From Acidimicrobiia bacterium (GTDB lineage Bacteria; Actinomycetota; Acidimicrobiia; Spongiisociales; UBA5794), in the NCBI GenBank assembly GCA_051011415.1, contig JBPCTY010000060.1, positions 10,781 through 74,780 of the forward strand: a DNA stretch of 64,000 nucleotides, given 5' to 3'. The position numbers and the translations under genes were made by a program. The notes beneath the pieces were generated by a model. The model was not told the DNA's origin and made no database searches. It saw only the letters and a program-made list of their open reading frames with translations. Shown here piece after piece: positions 17,100 to 26,227 of the stretch (the first letter of the stretch is position 1; every line of letters begins with the position of its first letter).

Positions 17100-17739
17100 G
17101 TGCTGTCTCCCATGGTTCGAGGTGGGTGTTCATTGCGTGGTACCAGTCATCCATCATTGCAGTGAGCGGATCGGTTCGATCGACATAGTCGTACCACCAC
17201 AGCGGTCGCTCGATCCAAATGCGCACGGCAGTTCGCGCCAGACCCTTCTCAGCCGGTCCCAACGTGTGCTCTGTTCCATGTATCGCTACCGGCACAAGAG
17301 GCGCCCCGGTCATCCAGGCAAGCCATGCCGCTCCGTTCTTTGGTGCGTTGATCCCCCATGCTTCGACCCTTCGGCCCTCTGGGAACAGACCGACGGCGTC
17401 TCCTGACTCAAGGTGATCGATGGCAGCGCGCAAGGCGCGCACCGGATACCCATCACGGTCAAGCGGAATCGCACCGAAGAAGTTCAGCGTCGCATCCAAG
17501 GCGATGTGCTGCCCGTACAACTGATCGACCGCCAGGAATCGGATAAAGCGATCCAGATTGGTCCCGATGAGGTACGGATCCAGGTGGGAAAAGTGGTTGG
17601 CAGCAATCACGACCGGCCCGGACGGAACGTGACGCTTCCCTGTGACCTCAAGGTCGAGGATCGCGCTTGCGAGCATATGGTTTGGCAGGCGTAGCACTCG
17701 CTCGATAGAGCGAGCAAGACGCAGTTTGATCTCAGGCAT
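17092..17739 (-). CDS. plsC: 1-acyl-sn-glycerol-3-phosphate acyltransferase (lysophospholipid acyltransferase); starts at the internal Met MPEIKL
   Basis: HX4D motif AANHFSHLDP and FPEGRR motif. Overlaps the holB stop by 8 nt. Confidence 0.75.
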   Translation of the reverse strand: MPEIKLRLARSIERVLRLPNHMLASAILDLEVTGKRHVPSGPVVIAANHFSHLDPYLIGTNLDRFIRFLAVDQLYGQHIALDATLNFFGAIPLDRDGYPVRALRAAIDHLESGDAVGLFPEGRRVEAWGINAPKNGAAWLAWMTGAPLVPVAIHGTEHTLGPAEKGLARTAVRIWIERPLWWYDYVDRTDPLTAMMDDWYHAMNTHLEPWETAHE

Positions 17740-18793
17740 CGGTTCCAAGATCGACGAACAACGCGGCGAGCGCAAGCTGAGGGCGTTGATTGGCTTCCAG
17801 CGACTCGACTGTTTCGAGCACACGCTCTGCGTTGGACACCGCAGTCAGAGGCGTTATGCGGGTAAACGACGAAACAGATACATCGCTGTTCATGACCGAT
17901 GCGCCGAACTGTGCTGCGGCAACATCTCGGTAGAACGTGGCGAGCAGCTCAAGACCTGTGGCGTAGAGAGCATCGGAACTCCGGGCGAGCTCCCGCTGGT
18001 GTCGTTCCGTGACGTGCTTTGGAACCGATTCGCCCTGGTAGGCAAGGTCGACCTCATCCTGCTGGCGACGCTTCACCGCCTCCAACAGCGGCTCGGTAGC
18101 GTCGAGCACTTTCGTCACAAGCCGATAGCTGTCTCCTGGGTGGTCGGTGAGATTCTCTGGAACGTCAACCCACGCCTCTCTGAATGCAGCAACAGCGGGC
18201 TCTGTCGCAAGAGCGATCGCAAGCCCTGGTCTGCCACCTGAAATCCGTGCGGTCATCTCTGCAGCGTCTGCATCGACTCCTCGAGCGACAAGACCATCAG
18301 CGACCTCTGCGTCGGTGACTCTTGAAAAGACGATCGTGCGGCACCGGCTGGCAACAGTCGGAGGCAGATCGTCTTCGGATTCAGCAACGAGGACGAACCT
18401 TGTGGAGTCGATCGGCTCCTCGATTGTCTTGAGCAATGCGTTCGCAGCCTCGTCATTGAGCAAAGAGGCCTCCTCGATCAGGAACACCTTGCGGTCAGCA
18501 TCAAGCGGCGACCGGACGGCGTCGGCCACGATGCCCCTCGCCTGATCAACGGTGATTGAGGCGCGACCTTCAGGAGCGATCACGACGAGATCCGGATGGT
18601 TCCCTCCAACGGCGCGGCGCTCGGCGTCATCGTCTCCCCCCGCAACGACTGCAGAGGCGAACCGTCGTGCGATGGTTGCCTTGCCAACATTGGATGGCCC
18701 GACAAACAGGTACGCCTGAGACGGAACCGCGACTTCCTTCTCCAGAAGCTCGATGACGCTTTCGTGTCCGATCACACCTTCGTACCGGCTCAC
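17732..18793 (-). CDS. holB: DNA polymerase III subunit delta-prime
   Basis: AAA-like N-terminus (AYLFVGPSNVGKATIARRFA) and a tmk-holB-topA neighbourhood as in mycobacteria. Confidence 0.85.
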   Translation of the reverse strand: MSRYEGVIGHESVIELLEKEVAVPSQAYLFVGPSNVGKATIARRFASAVVAGGDDDAERRAVGGNHPDLVVIAPEGRASITVDQARGIVADAVRSPLDADRKVFLIEEASLLNDEAANALLKTIEEPIDSTRFVLVAESEDDLPPTVASRCRTIVFSRVTDAEVADGLVARGVDADAAEMTARISGGRPGLAIALATEPAVAAFREAWVDVPENLTDHPGDSYRLVTKVLDATEPLLEAVKRRQQDEVDLAYQGESVPKHVTERHQRELARSSDALYATGLELLATFYRDVAAAQFGASVMNSDVSVSSFTRITPLTAVSNAERVLETVESLEANQRPQLALAALFVDLGTDA

Positions 18794-19410
18794 GACGGCA
18801 ACCCCAGTAGGCCAATCACCGTCTCGACGACCTGCCTGAGGGGCTTTGCCGCATCCACGATTGTGAACCGGTCAGACTCAGCCTCGGCGAGGGCGTCAAA
18901 CGTCGTTGAAACCGCCCTATGAAAGCCGTCTGGTTCGTCGCCGATGCGATCTCCAACCGATTGTCGGGCGAGACCCTCCTGATGATCGAGCCTGAGAAGC
19001 ACTACTCGCCCCGGCCACAGGCCGCCGATAGCGATGTCATTGAGCGTGCGCACTTCGTCAAGATCGAGACCCCGTCCGCCCGCCTGATACGCAAGGGACG
19101 AGTACACCGATCGGTCGGATACGACCCATGCACCGCCCTCGAGGGCTGGCCGAACAATCTCCGCCACAAGCTCGGCGCGAGCCGCCGCAAACAGGGCAGC
19201 CTCAGCACGCGGGGACGGATGATGGCCGTCGCCGAGCACGATCTCTCTCACGGCTTCGCCGACGGCGGTTCCCCCAGGTTCCCTCACCCTGACCGCGGTT
19301 TCGCCAACCGACGTCAGGTGCGCAACCAGTCTTGAGGCCACCGTCGATTTGCCGGCACCCTCGACACCCTCAAAGGAGATATACCTCGATGCGTCTGGCG
19401 GGTTCGTCAT
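18790..19410 (-). CDS. tmk: Thymidylate kinase
   Basis: P-loop FEGVEGAGKST, LID region and DR(S/Y) motif (VVSDRSVYSSLAYQ). 206 aa. Confidence 0.9.
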   Translation of the reverse strand: MTNPPDASRYISFEGVEGAGKSTVASRLVAHLTSVGETAVRVREPGGTAVGEAVREIVLGDGHHPSPRAEAALFAAARAELVAEIVRPALEGGAWVVSDRSVYSSLAYQAGGRGLDLDEVRTLNDIAIGGLWPGRVVLLRLDHQEGLARQSVGDRIGDEPDGFHRAVSTTFDALAEAESDRFTIVDAAKPLRQVVETVIGLLGLPS

Positions 19411-19470
19411 GACGTCAGTTTGGCAGTCTGGTGCGTCAAGAAACAGGCGACAAGGTGTCCCCCGCCATCG

Positions 19471-22035
19471 TCAGCCCTTCTTCGCCCGCTTCTCTGCAAG
19501 ACGCTCCGCAGCATGGTCGAGCGTTATGTTGTCGAGGTTCTCGGCCACACGGAACGACACGTTGGTTTCCCCATCAGTCATGTACAGACCGAATCGGCCA
19601 TCCTTCACCACGATCTCTTTGCCGGTCGCGGGATCCTTGCCGAGCTCCTTGAGGGGTGGCTTGGCACCGCGGCGCTTTCGTGGCTGCTCCAGCACCACAA
19701 CCGCTTGATCCATTGTGATGGTGAACAACTCTTCCTCGGTTTCGATGCTCCGAGATTCCGATCCCCACTTGATATACGGTCCGTAGCGTCCGTTGAGGGC
19801 CATGACTGGTTCGCCATCGGAGGGATGTGGGCCGACCTCGCGTGGCAGAGTCAACAGCTGCTGCGCTTGCTCGAACGTGACATCGGTGAGCGACATCGAC
19901 TTGAACAGCGATGCCGTAGGCGGCTTCTCCTTCGAATCGGGATCTCGTTCACCAAGCTGCACGTACGGACCGAAGCGGCCGGCCTTTGCGAATATCTCGA
20001 GTCCGGTTTCTGGGTCTATGCCGAGCACCCTGTCATCGCTCGGAGCGTCGAGGAGCGCCTCTGCCGTCTCGATCGTGAGCTCGTCCGGTGCCAGATCCGG
20101 AGGGATCGAAGCCTTGCGCTCACCGTGTTCGAGGTACGGGCCGTACTGCCCAGCTCGGGCAACGATTGGTTCGCCGTCCTCGCCCATTCCGATTGGGAAC
20201 GAGTTGACGGCCTTCGGGTCGATTCGCTCGAGCGCCTGCTCAGAAACCAGTTCGACCAATCCGGGATGGCCATTTCCTTTGTAGAACGCATCAAGGTACG
20301 GGACCATCTCCTGATCTCCACCCGCGATGCGGTCGAGGTCCGCTTCCATCCGTGCGGTGAACTCGTAGTCGACGTAGTCGGAGAAGTACTGCTCAAGAAG
20401 TCCGACGACAGAGAATGCTCGCCACGTTGGAATCAACGCGGAACCTTGCTTCCGTGCGTACTCGCGGTCGAGCACTGTCGCGATGATCGACGCATACGTC
20501 GACGGTCGCCCAATACCGAGTTCTTCAAGCCGCTTGATGAGGGATGCTTCGGTGTAACGAGCCGGTGGCTTGGTGTGATGCTCGGTCGGTTCGAGATCAG
20601 CGAGCCGTACCTGGTCCTTTTCCACCAACTCCGGCAGATGCGTTTCCTGGTCGTCGAGGGCGGCATCGGGATCGTCGCTCCCTTCGACGTATGCACGCAG
20701 AAATCCGGGGAACGTGATCGTTCTCCCCGACGCCTGGAACATGGCAGTGCGCTCATCGAGGGCATCGCCACTGACCTGGACGACAAGGCTCTCACCTTTG
20801 GCGTCCTGCATCTGCGAGGCCACTGTTCGCATCCAAATGAGTTCGTAGACGCGCGTCTCATCGGAAGTCGGTCCGAACTGCGTCGCAGCAGTGTCCATGT
20901 CCTGAAACTGCTCACCCGCCGGACGGATCGCCTCGTGGGCTTCTTGTGCACCCTTGGCTTGCTTTCCATAGAAGCGAGGCTCGTCCGGGAGGAACTTGGA
21001 CCCGTAGCGGTCAGACACAAGCGATCGTGCTGCGCTTAGCGCCGTTCCCGAGAGGTTCGTTGAATCGGTCCTCATGTACGTGATGAACCCAGCCTCGTAG
21101 AGGCGCTGAGCAGCGCTCATCGTTCGGCGTGCACCAAACCGGAGTTTTCTCCCCGCTTCCTGCTGAAGCGTGGATGTCCGGAATGGCGGATACGGCTTGC
21201 GCGTGTATGGCTTGCGTTCGACGCTCGTCACGGAGAACTCTGCACCGCTCAGACCTGTGGCAAGACCCACCGCATCATCTACAGACAGACGGACACGGTC
21301 CTTCTTGGTCAACTCGCCGGCGTCGTTGAAGTCTGAACCCTCAGCTACCCGAACCGCATCCACTTCCTTGAGACTTGCGGGAAAGTCGGTGCCGTCCGAG
21401 GAGAACACAGCCTTGAGTCCCGCATATCCGGCGCTGACATGCGCCATGCGCTCTCGCTCGCGTTCGACGAGAACCCGGGTGGCTGGCGACTGTACCCTTC
21501 CGGCAGACAGCCCTCTCTGCACTCGGCGCCACAGCACAGGGCTCACTTCGTAGCCGAACAATCGGTCCAAGATTCGCCTTGCTTCTTGTGCTTGCACGAG
21601 AGGGATATCCAGATCTCGGGGATTCTGGGCTGCCTCCTGGATGGCCTTTTCGGTGATCTCATGGAACACCATCCGTCTGACGGGGACCTTGGGCTTGAGA
21701 ACTTCGAGCAGATGCCAGGCAATGGCCTCACCCTCGCGGTCTTCATCCGTCGCGAGATAGAGCTCGTCCACTTCTTTGAGCTTCTTCTTGAGCAGCGTGA
21801 CCTGCTTCTTCGATTTGTCCGTGACGATGTAGACGGGTTCGTAGTCGTTGTCGACATCCACGCCGAACCTCGTCGTCTTCCAGAGATCCTTCTTTGCCGC
21901 GGGAAGGTCCGCCGCACGCGAAGGAATGTCGCGGATGTGTCCCACGGACGACTCCACGATGTAGTCACTTCCGAGATACCTGTTGATGGTCTTGGCCTTC
22001 GCAGGTGACTCAACGATGACAAGTTTCTTTGGCAT
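19471..22035 (-). CDS. topA: DNA topoisomerase I
   Basis: TOPRIM N-terminus MPKKLVIVESPAKAKTINRYLG, active-site Tyr region, C-terminal repeats. 854 aa. Confidence 0.95.
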   Translation of the reverse strand: MPKKLVIVESPAKAKTINRYLGSDYIVESSVGHIRDIPSRAADLPAAKKDLWKTTRFGVDVDNDYEPVYIVTDKSKKQVTLLKKKLKEVDELYLATDEDREGEAIAWHLLEVLKPKVPVRRMVFHEITEKAIQEAAQNPRDLDIPLVQAQEARRILDRLFGYEVSPVLWRRVQRGLSAGRVQSPATRVLVERERERMAHVSAGYAGLKAVFSSDGTDFPASLKEVDAVRVAEGSDFNDAGELTKKDRVRLSVDDAVGLATGLSGAEFSVTSVERKPYTRKPYPPFRTSTLQQEAGRKLRFGARRTMSAAQRLYEAGFITYMRTDSTNLSGTALSAARSLVSDRYGSKFLPDEPRFYGKQAKGAQEAHEAIRPAGEQFQDMDTAATQFGPTSDETRVYELIWMRTVASQMQDAKGESLVVQVSGDALDERTAMFQASGRTITFPGFLRAYVEGSDDPDAALDDQETHLPELVEKDQVRLADLEPTEHHTKPPARYTEASLIKRLEELGIGRPSTYASIIATVLDREYARKQGSALIPTWRAFSVVGLLEQYFSDYVDYEFTARMEADLDRIAGGDQEMVPYLDAFYKGNGHPGLVELVSEQALERIDPKAVNSFPIGMGEDGEPIVARAGQYGPYLEHGERKASIPPDLAPDELTIETAEALLDAPSDDRVLGIDPETGLEIFAKAGRFGPYVQLGERDPDSKEKPPTASLFKSMSLTDVTFEQAQQLLTLPREVGPHPSDGEPVMALNGRYGPYIKWGSESRSIETEEELFTITMDQAVVVLEQPRKRRGAKPPLKELGKDPATGKEIVVKDGRFGLYMTDGETNVSFRVAENLDNITLDHAAERLAEKRAKKG

Positions 22036-22127
22036 GAATTCCGATCATTCGGCGTCGACTCGTGTCAACGGCGTACAGGAATACGGCAACCTCAACGCAA
22101 TGTCAAGGGATCTAGCGGTGCAGGAAC

Positions 22128-23192
22128 CTAACGCAGATGTGCGTCGAACTCATCATGGAAGCGTTCAACAACCCGATCCCACGTGAATTCTGACTCTACA
22201 AATCTCCGACCCTCTCGGCCCATCTGGACCCCGAGCGCAGGGTCACCAAGCACAAGCTCAAGGCCCTCGACGATGTCGCCCACTGACGACACAACGTATC
22301 CGGTGACACCAGGCAGAACCGTTTCAGGCGATCCCCCCGAGTCACCTGCGAGGACAGGAAGACCCGATGCGGATGCCTCCAGATACACGAGTCCAAGCCC
22401 TTCGACTTCTAGCCCACCCCACCGCGACGAGGTCGGCATACAGAACACATCCATCTCCTGGTACAAGCCCGGAAGGGAGGACCAAGGAACATCGACCTCG
22501 AACCGAACGTCGAGACCGAGCTTGTCTGCCTGTCTTCTCAGCGCCCCCTCCGTTCTGCCTTTGCCAACCAGGAGCACCTCGACATCACGATCGAGCTCAG
22601 CCACAGCATCGAGCAGTCGCTGTTGCCCTTTGCGCGGCACAAAACGCGACACGCACCCGATGACCGGTCGACCCTTGGCAGATCTGTTCTCGGCGGGCAC
22701 GAACGTCTCCGTCTCAACCCCAGCTCCGAGAAACGCGACGGGCCTTCCCGAGAGACGTTCAACCTTGCTTGCAGTAAATCGGCTCACGGCGAAGCGAATA
22801 TCGGCGGCAGCAAGCATGCGTCCGGGCGTCTGACGAACCCCAGGCGCTGCACTGGGAAGCGTGACCTCGGCACCATGGCTCAGGACCGCAAAGGGGGCAC
22901 CCAGTGCTTCTCGCAGCGCGGGCCCCATCTTTGGCAGGGGGTGGGGGGCGCCGAAGAGGATCGCATCTGGCTGAAAACTCTGTGCGGCCGCGATCACATC
23001 TGCGGCGGTGTCCTTGGTGGGAAGCATGTATCCCCTGCTCCCCCTGACGACGCCTTCTTCAACGCCAGCGTCGTCGTTGTCCGGCCCATAGACCAGCACC
23101 TCGCCGTCAAACGCATCAACGAAGTTCTTCAGATACATCTGAATGCCACCGGGGGTTGGTGGATAGTCGTTTGTGACGAGGAGAAGCCGCAT
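22128..23192 (-). CDS. GT4-family glycosyltransferase (PimA/PimB/MgtA-like)
   Basis: N-terminal GT-B domain MRLLLVTNDYPPTPGGIQ. C-terminal nucleotide-sugar domain with EASASGLPVLAGDSGG and the E-x7-E region. The start is 3 nt from the upstream phosphatase stop. Confidence 0.8.
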   Translation of the reverse strand: MRLLLVTNDYPPTPGGIQMYLKNFVDAFDGEVLVYGPDNDDAGVEEGVVRGSRGYMLPTKDTAADVIAAAQSFQPDAILFGAPHPLPKMGPALREALGAPFAVLSHGAEVTLPSAAPGVRQTPGRMLAAADIRFAVSRFTASKVERLSGRPVAFLGAGVETETFVPAENRSAKGRPVIGCVSRFVPRKGQQRLLDAVAELDRDVEVLLVGKGRTEGALRRQADKLGLDVRFEVDVPWSSLPGLYQEMDVFCMPTSSRWGGLEVEGLGLVYLEASASGLPVLAGDSGGSPETVLPGVTGYVVSSVGDIVEGLELVLGDPALGVQMGREGRRFVESEFTWDRVVERFHDEFDAHLR

Positions 23193-23194
23193 TG

Positions 23195-24424
23195 TCAGTC
23201 GAGGTGGGGCGCAACGTTGTACGCCGCAACGACAGGTGCATGGTCGGTGAGCACGATCCTGCTCATCGACGTGTTCCGGGGAACAGGCAGCTTGTTCCTC
23301 TCTGGGAACTCGAGCCCAAGGACGGACGTGACATACGCCCTGATCACGGCTCCATGCGAGATGGCGCCTATCTCGTCACCGTTGCCATTCGAACCGATGT
23401 CGGCAACAGCAGCCCGCATACGAATGCCGGCTTCGGTGAACGACTCGCCCGTTGTCCCCCGGGGCACATCGACACCCTCGACGTACACCTTGTGGAACAA
23501 GCCTGGATCCCTCAGCTTCGCCTCATCGATTGTGAGGTCTTCCCATTCCCCGAACGACATCTCCACGAGTCCTTCATGGGCCACCGGATCCGGATTGCCG
23601 TTCCCACCGGTGAGAATCCGTGCTGTCTCCGTCGTTCTCCCAAGCGGCGACGTGAACACCGTGTCGAATGCCGGCATCTGTCCGGCTGCAGCCTCGGCTT
23701 GGGATCGACCGAGCTCTGTGAGATCGCTGTCGGACCGGCCCTGCCAGCGACCAAGCACGTTGCCTTCCGTTTGGCCATGCCGAACGAGAGTGACCCGAGG
23801 GCCCTCCGGCCCATAGTGGTCTGGCGCATCATCGAGATGCGACGCATCGTTGAAGGTCGAAAGCTGGAAGCCACCGGCATCATCGATTCGAAGCTTCGTG
23901 AGCGACGTGTTGAAGGGTGCAACGGCTGGCGCCATCGGACCATCTCGGTCAAGCACTCGATTGAGCGCACTCCAGATCACGCCACCGTGCGTGACAACGA
24001 TTGTCGTATCGCCGTCATCCATCGCATCGACTGTCGAATCCAATGTTTCGGCAATGCGACGGTTGAAGTCCGACAGCCGATCTCCTCCGCCGAGCAGAAT
24101 GTCCTCTCCCTTGAACAGCCCTTCGAGTTGTCCGGGAAACTTCGCTTCGATCTCCTCATGGGTGAGGCCGTCCCATCCGCCGACATTGAACTCGCGCCAC
24201 GACGTGTTTAGCTCTGGCTCCCCGACCGCAGCAGCGGTTCGAGCGGCGCGGTCGAGATCGCTCGAGATCAGCCTGGTGTGCCGAGAACCAGCAAAGCGCT
24301 TCCCGAGCCTGGCGACCTGGTCGATACCGACATCGGAGAGACCCGAGTCGAGGGTGCCTTGCCAACGACGTTCAGCATTGGCGTTGGATTCGCCATGGCG
24401 TATCAGTATGAGGGTGCGAGACAT
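23195..24424 (-). CDS. Tandem (duplicated) histidine phosphatase / phosphoglycerate-mutase-family protein
   Basis: Two complete PGM-like domains, each with a catalytic RHG motif (LIRHGESNAN at the N-terminus, LVRHGQTEGN at ~residue 215) and downstream His motifs (VVTHGGV and ISHGAV). Confidence 0.8.
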   Translation of the reverse strand: MSRTLILIRHGESNANAERRWQGTLDSGLSDVGIDQVARLGKRFAGSRHTRLISSDLDRAARTAAAVGEPELNTSWREFNVGGWDGLTHEEIEAKFPGQLEGLFKGEDILLGGGDRLSDFNRRIAETLDSTVDAMDDGDTTIVVTHGGVIWSALNRVLDRDGPMAPAVAPFNTSLTKLRIDDAGGFQLSTFNDASHLDDAPDHYGPEGPRVTLVRHGQTEGNVLGRWQGRSDSDLTELGRSQAEAAAGQMPAFDTVFTSPLGRTTETARILTGGNGNPDPVAHEGLVEMSFGEWEDLTIDEAKLRDPGLFHKVYVEGVDVPRGTTGESFTEAGIRMRAAVADIGSNGNGDEIGAISHGAVIRAYVTSVLGLEFPERNKLPVPRNTSMSRIVLTDHAPVVAAYNVAPHLD

Positions 24425-24458
24425 CGACTCTCCGAAGCGGTGTCCGTAGGCTAGGAGA

Positions 24459-24746
24459 ATGATCCTCCTTCAGATCGTCGCCCAGGAAACGAACCTGCCA
24501 ACCGGTGGAACTGGCCAAATCATCTTCTGGCTCATCGGGGCCGGGACAATCGCCGGTTTGTACTTCCTCATCGCACGAACGAGGAAGAAGTCGTACAACG
24601 AGTATTGGGACCGCCGCCGCACTGCAGAGCAGCAGAAACGCAACGATCCTGACATGGCGCACGAGTCAGCAGACGATGAACCCGACGAAGATCAGTCGAC
24701 TGACTCAAGTTCTCTCGATGGCGACATCGGCGATCCCGACATTTGA
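24459..24746 (+). CDS. Possible small membrane protein with an acidic C-terminal tail
   Basis: TM helix IIFWLIGAGTIAGLYFLIA followed by RTRKK (positive-inside), then a D/E-rich tail. High GC3. Sits in an otherwise empty intergenic gap between minus-strand genes. Confidence 0.35.
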   Translation: MILLQIVAQETNLPTGGTGQIIFWLIGAGTIAGLYFLIARTRKKSYNEYWDRRRTAEQQKRNDPDMAHESADDEPDEDQSTDSSSLDGDIGDPDI

Positions 24747-24771
24747 GGTCAGGTCATCGTCCGGCAGTTGG

Positions 24772-26223
24772 TCACTTCCGCCAGACTTCGCGGTTCATGA
24801 GGATCAGGATCGGAAGAATCTCAAGGCGACCGACGATCATGAGGAAGCCAAGCAGCAATTTGCCTGCCCATGGCACTCCGAGATAGTTCCCAGTCGGACC
24901 GACCTCACCGAGACCGGGACCAACGTTGCCGAGCGAAGATGCAACTGCTGACACCGTCGTCACCATGTCGAGATCCTGTCCGCTGAAGAACCCGATCAGC
25001 CCGAGCAGGAAGGTCCCCGTCATGAAGGCAAACATGTACAACAGGAAGAACGTCTGCACTGTCTCGACGACAAGATCCGGGACCGGCGTCTTCCCAATCC
25101 GGGTCACGAACACGCCCCTTGGATGGATAAGGCGCCGTACGTCCATCCGCGACGCTTCGTAGAGAATGTGCAAGCGGTCGGTCTTGATGGCGCCGGACGT
25201 GGAACCGGCCATTGCACCAACGAACATGAGCCCAACGATCATGATCTCAAGCGCTGGTATCCAGACCGCATAGTCGACCGTGCCGAATCCTGTGGTTGTG
25301 ATGATCGTGAGAGAGGTGAACAGTGCGTCTCTGATGGCATTCGCAACGCCTCCGCCCCATGTCCCCCACAGCATCAACAGGGCTGCCACAACAACGATCC
25401 CTGCATAGACACGCAGTTCGGCAGACTTGAAGTAGACGAGCCTGTCCCTGCGGACGAACTTGTAATGGAGTGCGAATGATGTTCCGGCAAGTGCCATGAA
25501 CACGATCACCACCCACTGCGAGTACGACGAGTAGGCACCGAGAGACCCAGCGTTTGTCGAGAAGCCACCGGTCGACATTGTTGTCAGCGAGTGGTTCACG
25601 GCCTCGAAGAACGACATGTCGCCGAACGCCAAGAAGATGACCTCTATCCCTGTGAGGATGAGATATGCATACCACAGCCGCTTTGCGGTCTCCCTGAACC
25701 GAGGGGTCAGCCGATCTGGCATCGGCCCGGGAGACTCGGCACGAGCGAGCTGCACCGCACCCATTCCCAACAACGGCAGAATCGCGACGGACAGCACGAT
25801 GATTCCCATGCCACCAATCCACTGCGTCAGCGACCTCCAGAACACAACACCTTGACTGAGTTGTCCTGGATCTGGTACCACTGAAGCGCCGGTCGTAGTA
25901 ATCCCTGCCGTCGCTTCGAAGATTGCGTCGACGACGTTGGTTATCGAACCGGTGAAGAGATAGGGCAATGCACTGAACAGCGAGATACCGATCCATGCCA
26001 GACCGACAGTTGCGAAACCTTCCCTCGTGCTCAGCTCCCCGGGTCGGTCGTAGATCCTCCAGAGGAGAAAGCCGATGATCGACGTCGTGGCGGCCGCAAG
26101 GAGCAGACCGGGTAGATCTGACCACTCCTGGTAGATGAGGCTGACGAGAACCGGGGCGAACATCGACAGCCCGATGGCCCCAATAACGGCTCCGACAACG
26201 TGGAGGAGGTGTCTCCAGGACAT
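24772..26223 (-). CDS. trkH: Trk/Ktr/HKT-family potassium transporter membrane subunit
   Basis: Repeated pore-loop signatures (TTTGAS, STGGFST, TTTGFGTVD), ~10 TM. 483 aa. Confidence 0.85.
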   Translation of the reverse strand: MSWRHLLHVVGAVIGAIGLSMFAPVLVSLIYQEWSDLPGLLLAAATTSIIGFLLWRIYDRPGELSTREGFATVGLAWIGISLFSALPYLFTGSITNVVDAIFEATAGITTTGASVVPDPGQLSQGVVFWRSLTQWIGGMGIIVLSVAILPLLGMGAVQLARAESPGPMPDRLTPRFRETAKRLWYAYLILTGIEVIFLAFGDMSFFEAVNHSLTTMSTGGFSTNAGSLGAYSSYSQWVVIVFMALAGTSFALHYKFVRRDRLVYFKSAELRVYAGIVVVAALLMLWGTWGGGVANAIRDALFTSLTIITTTGFGTVDYAVWIPALEIMIVGLMFVGAMAGSTSGAIKTDRLHILYEASRMDVRRLIHPRGVFVTRIGKTPVPDLVVETVQTFFLLYMFAFMTGTFLLGLIGFFSGQDLDMVTTVSAVASSLGNVGPGLGEVGPTGNYLGVPWAGKLLLGFLMIVGRLEILPILILMNREVWRK

Positions 26224-26227
26224 CGCG

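Noticed and set aside
19420-21039. 539-aa plus-strand ORF
   Set aside because: It is antisense to topA. It is Arg/Leu-rich with no motifs.
22623-24211. Plus-strand ORFs of 397 and 339 aa
   Set aside because: They are antisense to the GT4 and histidine-phosphatase genes. They are Arg/Ser/Pro-rich. The minus-strand products carry RHG and GT4 motifs.
25247-26125. 292-aa minus-strand alternative-frame ORF inside trkH
   Set aside because: It is a different frame of the same strand as trkH. It is Arg/Cys/His-rich. The TrkH frame has pore-loop motifs.
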